Source: a virus. From it: a DNA stretch of 64,000 nucleotides. The stretch's first letter is position 1. Every line of letters starts with the position of its first letter. A program made the translations under genes and the position numbers. This document shows, piece after piece, positions 9,801-18,350 of this stretch. The stretch lies in the IMG/VR virus record IMGVR_UViG_3300045988_074841. One strand, given 5' to 3'. The notes under the pieces are model-generated. The model was given only the letters and a program-made list of their open reading frames with translations, was not told where the DNA came from and made no database searches.

Positions 9801-12800
9801 GCATTTATGATGCACCCTGCTGTAACTCGTATAGTTAATGCTTATAATAAAGGTAAATCTGTTTATAGTGAAGATTCTGCTCAACCTATAGTTGATGCTC
9901 TTAAAGAAGTAGCTGAAGAACTCGATGTTGATAGTAGTTCTTTATATTCAGGTAAAATGGTAGTTGAAGCTATTAATGATAAACTTGGTACAAATTATAG
10001 TTTTATTAAAAACAACAATATTGTTCTTGATGAAGAGCAATTAGCTAGTGATGTAAAGAATGCAAACAATGTTTCTCTTGCTCGTGAAGTAGAGATTCTT
10101 ATGGCTTACAATGATATTAATCGTTTAGCTGATGTAATTCAGAAAACTGTAAGAGTTTGTAATCCTGATAAGTTTGGAGCTAAACAAACTATATTTGCTA
10201 CTAATGAAGTATTTGAAACTATTAAAGATATAATTAATAGTAAACAAGCTAAAGTACTTAGTAAGAATGATATTCCTTTCCTTGAAAGTATTTATCCTGG
10301 ACTTATTAAAGATGGTGTTGTAGATAAAGATAATTATGTAAAAGATACTCATGAATCTGCTTATCCTTCTCTTAATGCTTTCTTAAAGTATGCTTCAGTT
10401 ACTAGTACTGTAGTTAATAGCATGCTTTTTGAAACTCAAAATTCTGCTTTTGTAACTACTATTAAAGCTCTTAGTAAAATGCTTCCTACTCCTCGTAAAC
10501 TTACTGAGAAAGAATATAATGATTATGAGAAGTATGTTATTGGTGCTGCTTATAATAATGCTGACGGAATTAGATTAGGTTATACTATCAACTCTTCTAC
10601 GGGGCGTCTTGAATCAACTAAAACAAGTGATTTACAAGAGCGTCTTCGTATTTATGGATTTAGTGGTAGTCCAGTATTTCATTTTGATGTTGAAGATATT
10701 ACTGAACCAACTCAAGATGAAATTGATGCTTGGTCTAAACTTACTCCTGCTCAAAAAGTTGCTTGGTTACAAAGTAAAGCAGAAGATGGTGGTATATTTA
10801 GTAAACTTAAAGTTGACCTTCAAGATAATTATCGTGTTGGTAATAAAGAATGTGCTGCTCAATCTATTCGTTTTAATGATGATAATGTAGATACTGAAAC
10901 TGCTTACAATCTTTTTGAAACTGCTACTAAGAGTCAGAATCCTCTTGTTAAACTTGCAGCTATAGACCTTATTAAATATGCGTTTGTAGTTGAAGGTTTC
11001 AAGATGCGTCGTAATGGTATTAATAAGATTATTAAGAATAGTACTCTTCGTGATGATACTTTGTTTGCTAATCAAGATGGAGAACCTACTAGTCTTCTTA
11101 GTCAAATTGATGCTAATTTTAAGCATATTACTTATGATGATTATCGTGATGATTATTTAAGAAGTCATTCTGATAATGGTATGGTTCCAAAAAGAACTGT
11201 AAAGAAGAAAAGAGTAGGTAAAATTTGGGTTAATGAACTTAGTGCTCCTGATGGAGTTATAACTCTTAATGTTCCTTCTCGTAGAAATGATATTACAGAA
11301 GCAGATATTAATGATGAATTTGCTGCTACTAAAACTATTGCAGAAGAGACGGAAATCCGCCCCGTAGAAGATGTAGTAGATAATAAACTTCAAGTTGTTC
11401 AAGATAATACTACTGCTCCAGATGATACTAAACTTGCTGTTAAGTATGGTATTTATAATGCTTGGACTGATAGAGTTAATCCTTATGTAAAACTTACTTT
11501 TAAGAATCGTGGTGTTAATACTACGAATCTTTATAAGACTGTTCGTCATGGTGATATAATATTTGCTTATCCTGTTAGTATGCTTGAGGAAAACGAACAT
11601 GGTATTGTTTCTGTTAATCAAGCTAATAATACTCTTTATAGTGAGATGTATTATAGAACTATTATTGATAATAAACTTCAAGGTAATCAACTTACTAAAG
11701 AAGAAGCAGATAAACTTCGTAAAGAATACGCCAATGAACGAGCTATTTCTTCTAAAAGTAGAGTTAATACTGGTTTTGATATTAATAAAGATAGAACTAC
11801 TGGCGATATAGGTGGTGCTCGTGATGCTTATAGTAAAATTATTAATCTTATTAAGAATGATGCTAAAGGTATTCAAATTATAAACAATAGGTATCTTTAT
11901 AATCGTGTTAGTGAAGGATTTGGTAATTTCCAAATTATTCATGATGTAATTGATGGTAATGAAGTTACTAAGAAAATTGCTTTTGCTAAAGAAACAAAAG
12001 TAATATTTGATTCTGAAGGTAAAGTAATTCCTTATCCTGTTAAAGTTATTCAGATTATTCCTTCTACTAATGATAAAGAAAGTACATCTGTTGAATATAA
12101 TTTTGACATGTTTACTGATATTAATCGTAGAGCACATGAAGGTGATGTCAATGCTTATCGTGAAGTTCAGTTTATGAATAATAATGGTTTTGAGAATGTT
12201 AGTACTGATTATACAAATATGTCTCCTAAACTTTATGAAGCTATTGATAGATTCACTAGTGCTACAGCTAAGAAACTTATCAGTGATGCTGACCAATTCT
12301 ATAAAAAAGAAGATGGAACTTATGCTTCTATATTTGCTCCTGAAACTATAGAAATGATTCGTAATAATCCTAGTGAGCAAAGACGTTTTCAAAAGTTACT
12401 TCTTGATACAGATAGTATTATTAATAAATATGGTACTATATTTGATGTTGTAGTTGACGAAAATGAGAATCCTGAAGTAATTGATTTTATTAATCATATT
12501 AAGAAAACTATTGGAGATTTACGTAACAAACTTAATCTTAGTACTCTTAATGAAAGATTTGCTAGAGAAGTTGTTGCTAAATGGTCTAATGACCCTAATA
12601 TTCAAAATGGTTTAGTTGATATTTGTAATGGTTATCATGCTGTTACTTGGTGTGATGCTTGGATTGGAGATTTACAAGATACTGGTAATAGTCTTATTCA
12701 AAATATTAGCAAACATATAGTTGATGATATTAGTGCTAAAGATATGCAAGCTGCTAAAGATGCTCGTGAATTTGAAAAAGCTATTAAAGCTCTAGGTCAC

Positions 12801-15800
12801 ATAGATTGGGATAAACTTGTTGATAAGAACGGTAAACTTATTAGAGATTATACTGACAAATTTGTTGAAGATTTAGATACTCTTAGAAATAAAGTAGATG
12901 AAGCTCGTAAAGATGTCATTAATAATCCTATGGCTTATCTTAAAGCTAAGCATGAATATGATGCTTTCAAGCTTGCTCATCTTAATCAACAATTTAAGGA
13001 TGAGTATTATAAAGCTATGTATGATAATGATGATTACATGCTTAATACTGCTCCTACTATTTTTGCTGAATATACAAAACTTAGAGAGCAAATTAGAAAT
13101 ATTAATCGTCTTCGTATTAGTGGTGTTCTTAGTCCTGAAAATGAAGAAGAATATCGTAAACTTAGAAGAAGTATTAATCAACTTGAGTCTACAATAAATT
13201 TTGATGATGGTACTGAGAAACCTATTTATGATGAAACTAATCCTATTCCAGGTACTAAAGGTTTCGATGAAGAAGGTAAACCTATAATTGTAGATAAGGC
13301 TAAATATGATGAAGCTGTATTAAACTCTCAAGGAGCTGCTATGAAACTTAATCAATATCTCAAACGCAAACGTGATATTAATGAAGAATATAATGATACT
13401 CAAGTTAAGGATAGTTTTGAAGAAGAACTTGATAAGAGACTTGATATTATTAAGCGAGCTGAGAAACGTGATGCTTTTGGTAATAAACAAGTTTCTGATG
13501 AAGTTCTTGCTAATGACGAAAAGTATCAAAGAGCTAAAGAATGGCTTGAGCAAAATGCTACTTGGCATGTAGACCCTAAAGTTAGTGATGAAATTGCTGT
13601 AGCTTATGGTGTTCTTTCTAAAGGTAGAGTACAAAAGAATAATCAAATAACTTATAAGGCTAAACTTATCAAAATTAAACTTGCTAATGGTGAGAAAGTT
13701 TATGATAGTAAAGGTCGTATTCGTGGCGATATATTTACTGAAGAAGAACAAGAAGCTATAAGAAAAGATGAAGCTGGTCGTTATAATAATACTATTTATT
13801 CTGCTGGTAATGAACAAATATTAATTAATAATGCTCCTGAACAAAAGCAAGCTCTTCCTGCTGTAGTACAAAGAATGCTCACTTCTAATAGCAAAGAAGG
13901 TAAAGCTAACGTTGAATATCTTAAATTAGTTAATGAAATTAATGAAATTCTTCGTCCTTATTATGATACTACTAAGAAAGAAGTTAATACTATAACTGAT
14001 AGACATCAAATTAGTATTGAAGAACTTCATAAACTTGCTGATTTGTATGAGAAACTTCGTAATACAAAAAAGACTATAGTTAATGAAGATATACCTGGTA
14101 ATGGTTCTGCTGTTGGTAGTTTTATTCGTAAGTTTATGCATACTGAATATAGTTCTAAGTTTGATATTGAATACAGTAAAGCTAAAACTATTGGTGGTGA
14201 ATATCTTAAAGCTTGGGAAGATGCTAATATGGAATATGATTTTGAATATGATGAAAAAGGTCATATTGTTAAAGACTCAGATGGTAATTATGTATATGAT
14301 AAATCAGTTCGTCTTCCTAATCGTTTTCTTTATGGTACTCTTACTCTTAAAGATGAGTTCTATACTGGTATGAAGAATCAGAAAGTAGCTAAAGACTTGC
14401 GTAAAGAAGCAGAGATTAAAACTAAAGCTCTTGCTACTATTAACGAATATCTTGAAACTACTACAACTCCTTATTATAGTGATGCTATGGCTGAGGCTAG
14501 AGCTAAAGGTAAAGAAGAGTTTGATAAGTGGTTTACTCGTAATCATGTATGGAATGTTTATACTCATAAGTTTGACCCAATAGGTATTTGGCAAAAGACT
14601 AGTATTAAACCTAATTACGCTAATGGTACTTGGGCTGCTAATTATAATCAGTTAGATATTGTTCCTAAAGAAGAATATCGTAATCCTGATTATAAAGAGA
14701 ATACTACTCAAGCTGAGAATTTTAAACGTGGTATAAACGATGAAAAATATGTTAACAATGTAACTCTTAGTGACAATGAAAAACAAGCTAAGAAACTTAT
14801 TGAAACAACATTAGATAAGATTGTTAGAGATAAAACTAGTCGTCGTATTATTAGTCAAGGTTTTATTCCTATTACTGCAAAAGAAGCTGACCATGACTTT
14901 AAATGGTTTGGTAAACAAATAGCTGAATTTGCTGGTTGGAATGCTAATATTAGCTCTGTTGGTAAGAATAGTCTTCATGCTAATATGAATTATTCTACTG
15001 ATAAAACTCCAGTGCTTCCTATGATTGGTAGAGAATTTACTAATAAAAATAGTGAAGACATTAATAAAATTAAAGCTGCTGAGCCAAAGAGAGATCAATA
15101 TACTACTGATGAAGAGTATAATAAAGCTATGACTGAACATAAAGCTAGACTTGATGCTGCTGAAAAGAATAATAAAGCAATACATCAATCTCTTGTTAAT
15201 AGAGATTTTGTTTCTAGTATTAGTCAGTTTATTAGACTTGCTGGTCATCAAAATGCTGTTCAAGATAATAAGTATCTCTTCTATTATGGTCAAAATATGA
15301 TTAAAGCTACTCCTGTACTTGATGATAATATAGGTTTTAGTAATCTCAGAAAAGATATTAATAGAAGTACTACTGATGTTACTCGTTATGCTGAAAAGAC
15401 TTATGATGAAAGACTTTATGGTCAGTTTACTAATTGGGGTAATAGACTTATCTACGATAGATATAAACTTCCTAATAATAAACTTACCAAAGCTGCTAAT
15501 ATTGCACAAAGTCTTACTAGTGCTAAATTTATGATGTTAAATATTACTGGTGCTATTGGTAACGTTACTGTTGGTCGTAGTGGTATTTTTGCTGAACATA
15601 TAGCTAAAGCTTATTTTAGTACTTCTGCTTGGAATAAAGCTAAAACTATGTGGTATGGTGCTTCTTTATCTTTCCTAAGAGGAATGACTAGAGAAGATAG
15701 TACTAGTCTTGCTGATGCTATTGTTAAATTTATGAATGTTGTAGATTTCGATGAAGTACTTGGTAGACCTAGTGGTAGTTTTAAAGCTAGTGATGCCATT

Positions 15801-17174
15801 AATCGTCTTAGAAACCTTATGTATTCTCCTAATGCTATGGGTGAACATCACATGCAGAATAGTGCTATGTTTGCTATGATGTTTGAGAATAGAATTGTTC
15901 CTGTAGATGATTATCGAAATAAAGGTAGACTTCCTTATCAAGCTATGACTTGGTCTCAATATAAAGTTGCTTCTCACGAAGAAGCTATGAGACAACTTAT
16001 TGCTGGTACTCCTCTTGCTGCTCAATTTGAGAAATTTGTAAATGATATAAAGTCTGACCCAAATCAACTTAAAGAATATGCTAGAGGAAGAAGAGATTTA
16101 GCTAATGAATTTAAGAACATTTTCCTTAACAATAAACAAAGTAAAGATTTTGTTGCTAAACGTAAGGAACTTGAAGCTAAAGCTAAGAAACAATTTGAAG
16201 CTAATCCTACTCTTATGGAACAGCTTGATTTGGTTGATGGTAGACTAGGTTTTAAAGATGGTTCTCTTATGGAACAACTTTCTAAACAAAGTACTAATGG
16301 AGAAATAAATGATGCTTATGCTCTTCTTGGAGAGTTCAAAGGTAAAGTTATTGCTGTTAATAAAGAAATACATGGTGTATATGATAGACTTGGTGCTGCT
16401 CAACTTGAAAAATATTGGTGGGGTAGTCTTGTTATGCAATATCATAAACATATATATCCAGGTATTCTTAAACATTGGAGAAGAAAAGGTTATTTTAATG
16501 AACAAACAGGCGATAGTCGTGTAGGTTGTGGTCCTGCTCTTATGGATTTCCTTACAATGCCTATTCGTCAATATAATGAAAGACATAAACTTTTAGATAA
16601 TAAACAGCTTGAAGCACTTGAAGGTACTCAAAATCTTTTTGCTGCTTATGTAAACTTTGCTGAGAATATTCGAGTTAATTGGGAAGCATTACCTGAATAT
16701 CAGAAAGCTGCTATTCGTAGAACAGCTGGTGATGTATTTGGTGCTTTATCTTCTATTATGGTTGCTATCGGTACTAATATAGCTTGGGATGATAAGGATA
16801 AAGATAAAATGCTTCTTCCTAATCTTATGCTTTATAGTGCAGACAAACTTGCAACTGAAAGTATGATGTATAATCCAATATTCCTTCCAAACAATGCTAA
16901 AGATCTTTGGAGTTCTCCTATTGCAATGATGAATATGCCTAATGATATTATCAATAGTCTTAATCTTGTAGCAAATGCTATGTTTGATGATGAATTTGAT
17001 TATAATTATACTACTGGTCGTTACAAAGGTGAGAATAAATTTAAAGTTAAACTTATGAGACAAGTTCCTATTTATAGAGCTTATAATAATCTTGCTACTA
17101 TTGATAAGAGTAATAGTTATTATCATTATGGTAAAAATATACTTGGATTTGTTCCTACATCATTTGATAAATAA
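3801..17174 (+). CDS. giant virion-packaged RNA polymerase-like protein (crAss-like vRNAP), 4457 aa
   Basis: Uninterrupted 13.4-kb ORF. Aspartate triad DFDID at aa 1713-1717 (nt 8937-8951) resembles the DxDxD metal-binding motif of crAss-like phage virion RNAP (phi14:2 gp66 type double-psi beta-barrel). All antisense ORFs inside it are AT-rich artefacts. Confidence 0.6.
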   Translation: MACNFKTTSAGTSIKRKVGANNARFVALISLISNPETGGFTDEFVKYYQKVNHTDNIPSVDNSERGVIAKTAIRYYNSIHFDVNAQSTGTYYDKDVDAFGYSDSHAKVYAITRAIPNIMRSMYVSDIRSGEIVDKDSILGDLIKRTKVRITKDVAANYLKAIGKPATNVEVNKIADALLNNNETYYKKDELILAITKAFDKNGDVQVQNTFAIYKDIFKDTTGKDFFNRVIIADPIIGNLKYSDETESSLAEAYAEDFDSVDDSSYNNNEDEDVLTVGDRQDNTWNDHSGLGSSYMKGFDLDIRLSLSMIPKLTSNTVDTKTLKSGKVKDVYDYDKNNPTGNVDYIDVKDIISTLSAKKDVSNLNTFIDSVKEASNIPGMEGLIKLYKDLTSDLDYAARLYTQFKTVINKYETRIADENTAMNKSNKNSNAQQVHALSFLNDAKFTHINTDSDITNKLANEVDETIVEYTQALAAGDEFALDQAKLYNTIVDRIASRIKDYYPSADKASIDNYVRLANNGEVATNMRYLTDSLRKIAKASDATTSQYTENRDAISGINKEIRKLQTKIDALNEAGEHKGIDKINEEIDKLVSQRDNIRFSDYRSQDSITQSIALSDKLYPYSSVKVELNSRNGLGNLQSDIINSSMITYLLKVLNSPKTTTDELGNTAPESLVNFAKFKFKNNQYNLSNILIETRENGKIVNYGLFYYDADKQKYGVTNYASGLLNVALFNGAVKTDEGTGITYAQMSKGDYVYTAFANYFNSDKNIDADRVTNSIPLANYFMRTPSDAPKTFVVRAPRYHITKSNPIRTVTNAADVDNYIKNYVAEHIASMSEAAFNQANPRAKFIQLEDNRSDRAQITRDLTDNNITRSVYENEIIRNDGKTATIGYQFTDEEGNVNKYIITGSIRHVKGMNKFVIENGKATILDNNEMRDNLRPMIYDKYRKQAYRNGRIGDVQVDYKVNREHPIYKQFRKIFNQELTNMAEAINMIFLTGDDGVIQREADGKPKFNPNNAFGLDKESARRLYANYQTKKDKYLDSNYGLVGNMFHSDKFTITDYKTGKIRNYGQELLDDYFDSLYNGSKGGFIHFGYENGKIKLNHTKDQAKAIDNKIAEFISDYIYSSAIRMDEFKNLDVAGLINDDNVADFALNYRLAYNYFDDLFEGDDKFYKSSQDFLKRAKEGQASGTPYSTFNIYQDENMMLTDLKKMSYLNSQAIQDKLNSLGLHVTQRPGFVGITIKNTVRTSHEASQNGPVVHELARVYMKHDPELTEDEAIAKANKHMEGYQNTTVNDAQSYITFEEWIRRVAGRGQLNKYMPLIERIMDRSKPLRVDDIKTFVQVQKNFYYDMTYNDKINTYAPRQIKNAELVLVPRFIEGTDLEKVYNLMKDHGIDQLNTEETSKAGKAGVLTLFDEETGEVTDTHIQDFNNHVEDYKETYSYNFLYTQQETPQHMNAENKAAIQIMKKIVDNIPDTGTIGEVKKEFFKLYVANIKDSFNSLVKELNIPTNEDGSIKLDANGNIEGLDMKLFFNKLRKECLRQGLDSNILEFFTLNEDSPYTELGRANTVMPTYMTNMMSKAQNVCQSMFNNAITRQKLPGFHAAQVTNVGYSKHLRYHPDGGRYIEVLLPKSNFGFAKNEDGTYKEPDEIRDKDGNLVGGLLYQLQRAKLDTIIGYRIPTEGKQSICAMKVVGFTDDAQGSTIVVPDDWVAQTGSDFDIDSVYGIQHNTYIDKDGDIQKVAYKESFGKLYDDYVKEQLNDEAKDKLEEAVKNGVNESTALANAAQEGGLLSREEFSKANSIEEKNSRQARNNRILDDMLRILQSDEAFEENTGQSQFEDIINARDNIMNDVVKSVRNGRSCYDFIDQAEYQEDVMSGAKLKAFSVTRDTFVSICNKVQPTIDKNYAISARYKATPKQAEVLAKRFGEDNVIYKDGYVTISHTMIGWSHDNHNVDDAILTAYSSETTAHILDAVKKGAVPNVNEFTFAVYKTFPDVGSNYKTGVAFMMHPAVTRIVNAYNKGKSVYSEDSAQPIVDALKEVAEELDVDSSSLYSGKMVVEAINDKLGTNYSFIKNNNIVLDEEQLASDVKNANNVSLAREVEILMAYNDINRLADVIQKTVRVCNPDKFGAKQTIFATNEVFETIKDIINSKQAKVLSKNDIPFLESIYPGLIKDGVVDKDNYVKDTHESAYPSLNAFLKYASVTSTVVNSMLFETQNSAFVTTIKALSKMLPTPRKLTEKEYNDYEKYVIGAAYNNADGIRLGYTINSSTGRLESTKTSDLQERLRIYGFSGSPVFHFDVEDITEPTQDEIDAWSKLTPAQKVAWLQSKAEDGGIFSKLKVDLQDNYRVGNKECAAQSIRFNDDNVDTETAYNLFETATKSQNPLVKLAAIDLIKYAFVVEGFKMRRNGINKIIKNSTLRDDTLFANQDGEPTSLLSQIDANFKHITYDDYRDDYLRSHSDNGMVPKRTVKKKRVGKIWVNELSAPDGVITLNVPSRRNDITEADINDEFAATKTIAEETEIRPVEDVVDNKLQVVQDNTTAPDDTKLAVKYGIYNAWTDRVNPYVKLTFKNRGVNTTNLYKTVRHGDIIFAYPVSMLEENEHGIVSVNQANNTLYSEMYYRTIIDNKLQGNQLTKEEADKLRKEYANERAISSKSRVNTGFDINKDRTTGDIGGARDAYSKIINLIKNDAKGIQIINNRYLYNRVSEGFGNFQIIHDVIDGNEVTKKIAFAKETKVIFDSEGKVIPYPVKVIQIIPSTNDKESTSVEYNFDMFTDINRRAHEGDVNAYREVQFMNNNGFENVSTDYTNMSPKLYEAIDRFTSATAKKLISDADQFYKKEDGTYASIFAPETIEMIRNNPSEQRRFQKLLLDTDSIINKYGTIFDVVVDENENPEVIDFINHIKKTIGDLRNKLNLSTLNERFAREVVAKWSNDPNIQNGLVDICNGYHAVTWCDAWIGDLQDTGNSLIQNISKHIVDDISAKDMQAAKDAREFEKAIKALGHIDWDKLVDKNGKLIRDYTDKFVEDLDTLRNKVDEARKDVINNPMAYLKAKHEYDAFKLAHLNQQFKDEYYKAMYDNDDYMLNTAPTIFAEYTKLREQIRNINRLRISGVLSPENEEEYRKLRRSINQLESTINFDDGTEKPIYDETNPIPGTKGFDEEGKPIIVDKAKYDEAVLNSQGAAMKLNQYLKRKRDINEEYNDTQVKDSFEEELDKRLDIIKRAEKRDAFGNKQVSDEVLANDEKYQRAKEWLEQNATWHVDPKVSDEIAVAYGVLSKGRVQKNNQITYKAKLIKIKLANGEKVYDSKGRIRGDIFTEEEQEAIRKDEAGRYNNTIYSAGNEQILINNAPEQKQALPAVVQRMLTSNSKEGKANVEYLKLVNEINEILRPYYDTTKKEVNTITDRHQISIEELHKLADLYEKLRNTKKTIVNEDIPGNGSAVGSFIRKFMHTEYSSKFDIEYSKAKTIGGEYLKAWEDANMEYDFEYDEKGHIVKDSDGNYVYDKSVRLPNRFLYGTLTLKDEFYTGMKNQKVAKDLRKEAEIKTKALATINEYLETTTTPYYSDAMAEARAKGKEEFDKWFTRNHVWNVYTHKFDPIGIWQKTSIKPNYANGTWAANYNQLDIVPKEEYRNPDYKENTTQAENFKRGINDEKYVNNVTLSDNEKQAKKLIETTLDKIVRDKTSRRIISQGFIPITAKEADHDFKWFGKQIAEFAGWNANISSVGKNSLHANMNYSTDKTPVLPMIGREFTNKNSEDINKIKAAEPKRDQYTTDEEYNKAMTEHKARLDAAEKNNKAIHQSLVNRDFVSSISQFIRLAGHQNAVQDNKYLFYYGQNMIKATPVLDDNIGFSNLRKDINRSTTDVTRYAEKTYDERLYGQFTNWGNRLIYDRYKLPNNKLTKAANIAQSLTSAKFMMLNITGAIGNVTVGRSGIFAEHIAKAYFSTSAWNKAKTMWYGASLSFLRGMTREDSTSLADAIVKFMNVVDFDEVLGRPSGSFKASDAINRLRNLMYSPNAMGEHHMQNSAMFAMMFENRIVPVDDYRNKGRLPYQAMTWSQYKVASHEEAMRQLIAGTPLAAQFEKFVNDIKSDPNQLKEYARGRRDLANEFKNIFLNNKQSKDFVAKRKELEAKAKKQFEANPTLMEQLDLVDGRLGFKDGSLMEQLSKQSTNGEINDAYALLGEFKGKVIAVNKEIHGVYDRLGAAQLEKYWWGSLVMQYHKHIYPGILKHWRRKGYFNEQTGDSRVGCGPALMDFLTMPIRQYNERHKLLDNKQLEALEGTQNLFAAYVNFAENIRVNWEALPEYQKAAIRRTAGDVFGALSSIMVAIGTNIAWDDKDKDKMLLPNLMLYSADKLATESMMYNPIFLPNNAKDLWSSPIAMMNMPNDIINSLNLVANAMFDDEFDYNYTTGRYKGENKFKVKLMRQVPIYRAYNNLATIDKSNSYYHYGKNILGFVPTSFDK
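10592..10606 (+). repeat. GC-rich motif copy CTCTTCTACGGGGCG (forward), in-frame in vRNAP (NSSTGRLES)
   Basis: direct reading of sequence. Confidence 0.8.
11357..11373 (-). repeat. GC-rich motif copy CCGCCCCGTAGAAGATG (reverse), in-frame in vRNAP (IRPVEDV)
   Basis: direct reading of sequence. Confidence 0.8.
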
Positions 17175-17176
17175 AC

Positions 17177-17192
17177 CGCCCCGTAAAAGAGT
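17177..17192 (-). repeat. GC-rich motif variant CCGCCCCGTAAAAGAG (reverse), 3 nt after vRNAP stop codon
   Basis: direct reading of sequence. Confidence 0.7.
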
Positions 17193-17228
17193 TGATAATG
17201 TGAATTCTACTAATAAGAATTAAATAAG

Positions 17229-17298
17229 ACCTTTATCTGTTGGAGATATTAATATTAATAGTATCTTTGCAACAGATAAAGGTTTTCCTGTTTTTGCC
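17229..17298 (+). terminator. strong hairpin (14-bp perfect stem, 27-nt loop) followed by T-tract, between the vRNAP stop and the tRNA
   Basis: ACCTTTATCTGTTG (17229-17242) pairs perfectly with CAACAGATAAAGGT (17270-17283). It is followed by TTTCCTGTTTTTGCC. Confidence 0.5.
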
Positions 17299-17331
17299 AT
17301 GAAATTACTACAGATATATGCGAAACTTTAT

Positions 17332-17402
17332 TGCTCTATGGTGTAATGGTAGCACTACAGATTTTGGTTCTGTCAGAGCAGGTTCGAATCCTGCTAGAGT
17401 AA
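17332..17402 (+). tRNA. tRNA-Gln (anticodon UUG)
   Basis: Cloverleaf folded by hand. Acceptor stem TGCTCTA/TAGAGTA (one G-U), D-stem GTGT/GCAC with a GG-containing D-loop, anticodon stem ACAGA/TCTGT with loop TTTTGGT (anticodon TTG), T-arm GCAGG-TTCGAAT-CCTGC. CCA is not encoded. Confidence 0.7.
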
Positions 17403-17487
17403 CAAATGCTATAAGTTCTAAACTACTTGCTAAATTAATTGTTTATAGGGTTTAAATGTGGTTTAAGGTGATATTTATAAAGTTCTT

Positions 17488-17528
17488 GAGCTAGATAGTC
17501 GTGATGACTGTCTAGCTCTTTTTCGTTT
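17488..17528 (+). terminator. Rho-independent terminator downstream of the tRNA
   Basis: 11-bp stem GAGCTAGATAG/CTGTCTAGCTC (one G-U) with a 9-nt loop, followed by TTTTTCGTTT. Confidence 0.6.
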
Positions 17529-17958
17529 AATGTGTTATAATGTGTCGCTACTAATAAATAAAAAAAAGAGTAACTCATCCTCACGGACAAGCTACTCATA
17601 ATATAAAACAATGATTAAAATGATGCAGCCGCTGCTGCTAATGTTGAATTATGAATTCTTATAACATGGAATGCAAATATCAAAAACATAAGTAATATTT
17701 CAATTTCTTTCGTAAGCGGTCAAATAATTAAAGTAGTATGATTAATCGGCATTAATATATAAGTTGCTTAGAAATCATTTATTATGTAATTGTGGGAGTT
17801 TCCCACTAAGGTTGGCACAGATTAAACTCGTATGCCTGGAGCTGAAATAAGACTTACAAGTAAGAATGGTTATTAAATAAATTACACTTTAAATGACTTC
17901 TAAGCTACTTTAAGATTGCGACTGAATAACTATTCAGAAGAAGAGAATTAATGCGACA

Positions 17959-17978
17959 GAGGAGAATTTAAATTCCTC
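17959..17978. repeat. second copy of hairpin element GAGGA-GAATTTAAAT-TCCTC (shares the GAGGAGAATTTAAA/TCCTC core with the 3739-3759 hairpin)
   Basis: 5-bp stem GAGGA/TCCTC with a 10-nt loop. A 15-mer is shared with the hairpin upstream of the vRNAP gene. It lies in the convergent-terminator zone just beyond the stop of the - strand gene at 18020. Confidence 0.45.
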
Positions 17979-18019
17979 AAGAACGCAGCATCATTTTGAA
18001 ACAATCTACTGCCATATAA

Positions 18020-18277
18020 TTAATTAGCTTCTTGTTTAAAAGGAGCTTTAATTATATTACCATTACCATCAAGATAAATAACACTATCTGTGTCATATCC
18101 ATCATTTGTAGAATCAACATCATTTATTTCATAGAAATCATCATTAATTCCACAACTATCTATACTTACAGGTTTGTTATTAGAAACTTTATTATAACTA
18201 CAAGCACCAAGTCCGGCAGTTACAATAGCAAGTATAAATATGGCTATATTCTTATGTTTATTATAATTTGGATTCAT
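18020..18277 (-). CDS. small lipoprotein (signal peptide with lipobox LGAC)
   Basis: N-terminus MNPNYNKHKNIAIFILAIVTAGLGAC has a basic n-region, a hydrophobic core and L-G-A-C. It is the last gene of the leftward block. Confidence 0.45.
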   Translation of the reverse strand: MNPNYNKHKNIAIFILAIVTAGLGACSYNKVSNNKPVSIDSCGINDDFYEINDVDSTNDGYDTDSVIYLDGNGNIIKAPFKQEAN

Positions 18278-18350
18278 AATAGTTTTAAATTAAAAACTGC
18301 TAGTACTTTCACAAGCACTAGCAGAAACATCAGAAGAAAAATTTCAGTAT

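Noticed and set aside
11157-12392. 411-aa - strand ORF (and many 60-230-aa - strand ORFs) inside the giant vRNAP gene and the cargo gene
   Set aside because: They are antisense to a continuous, well-behaved coding frame and have Ile/Asn/Phe/Ser-rich low-complexity translations typical of AT-rich antisense frames.
17332-17402. tRNA as a suppressor tRNA
   Set aside because: Anticodon loop TTTTGGT reads as UUG (Gln, CAA/CAG), not CUA or UCA.
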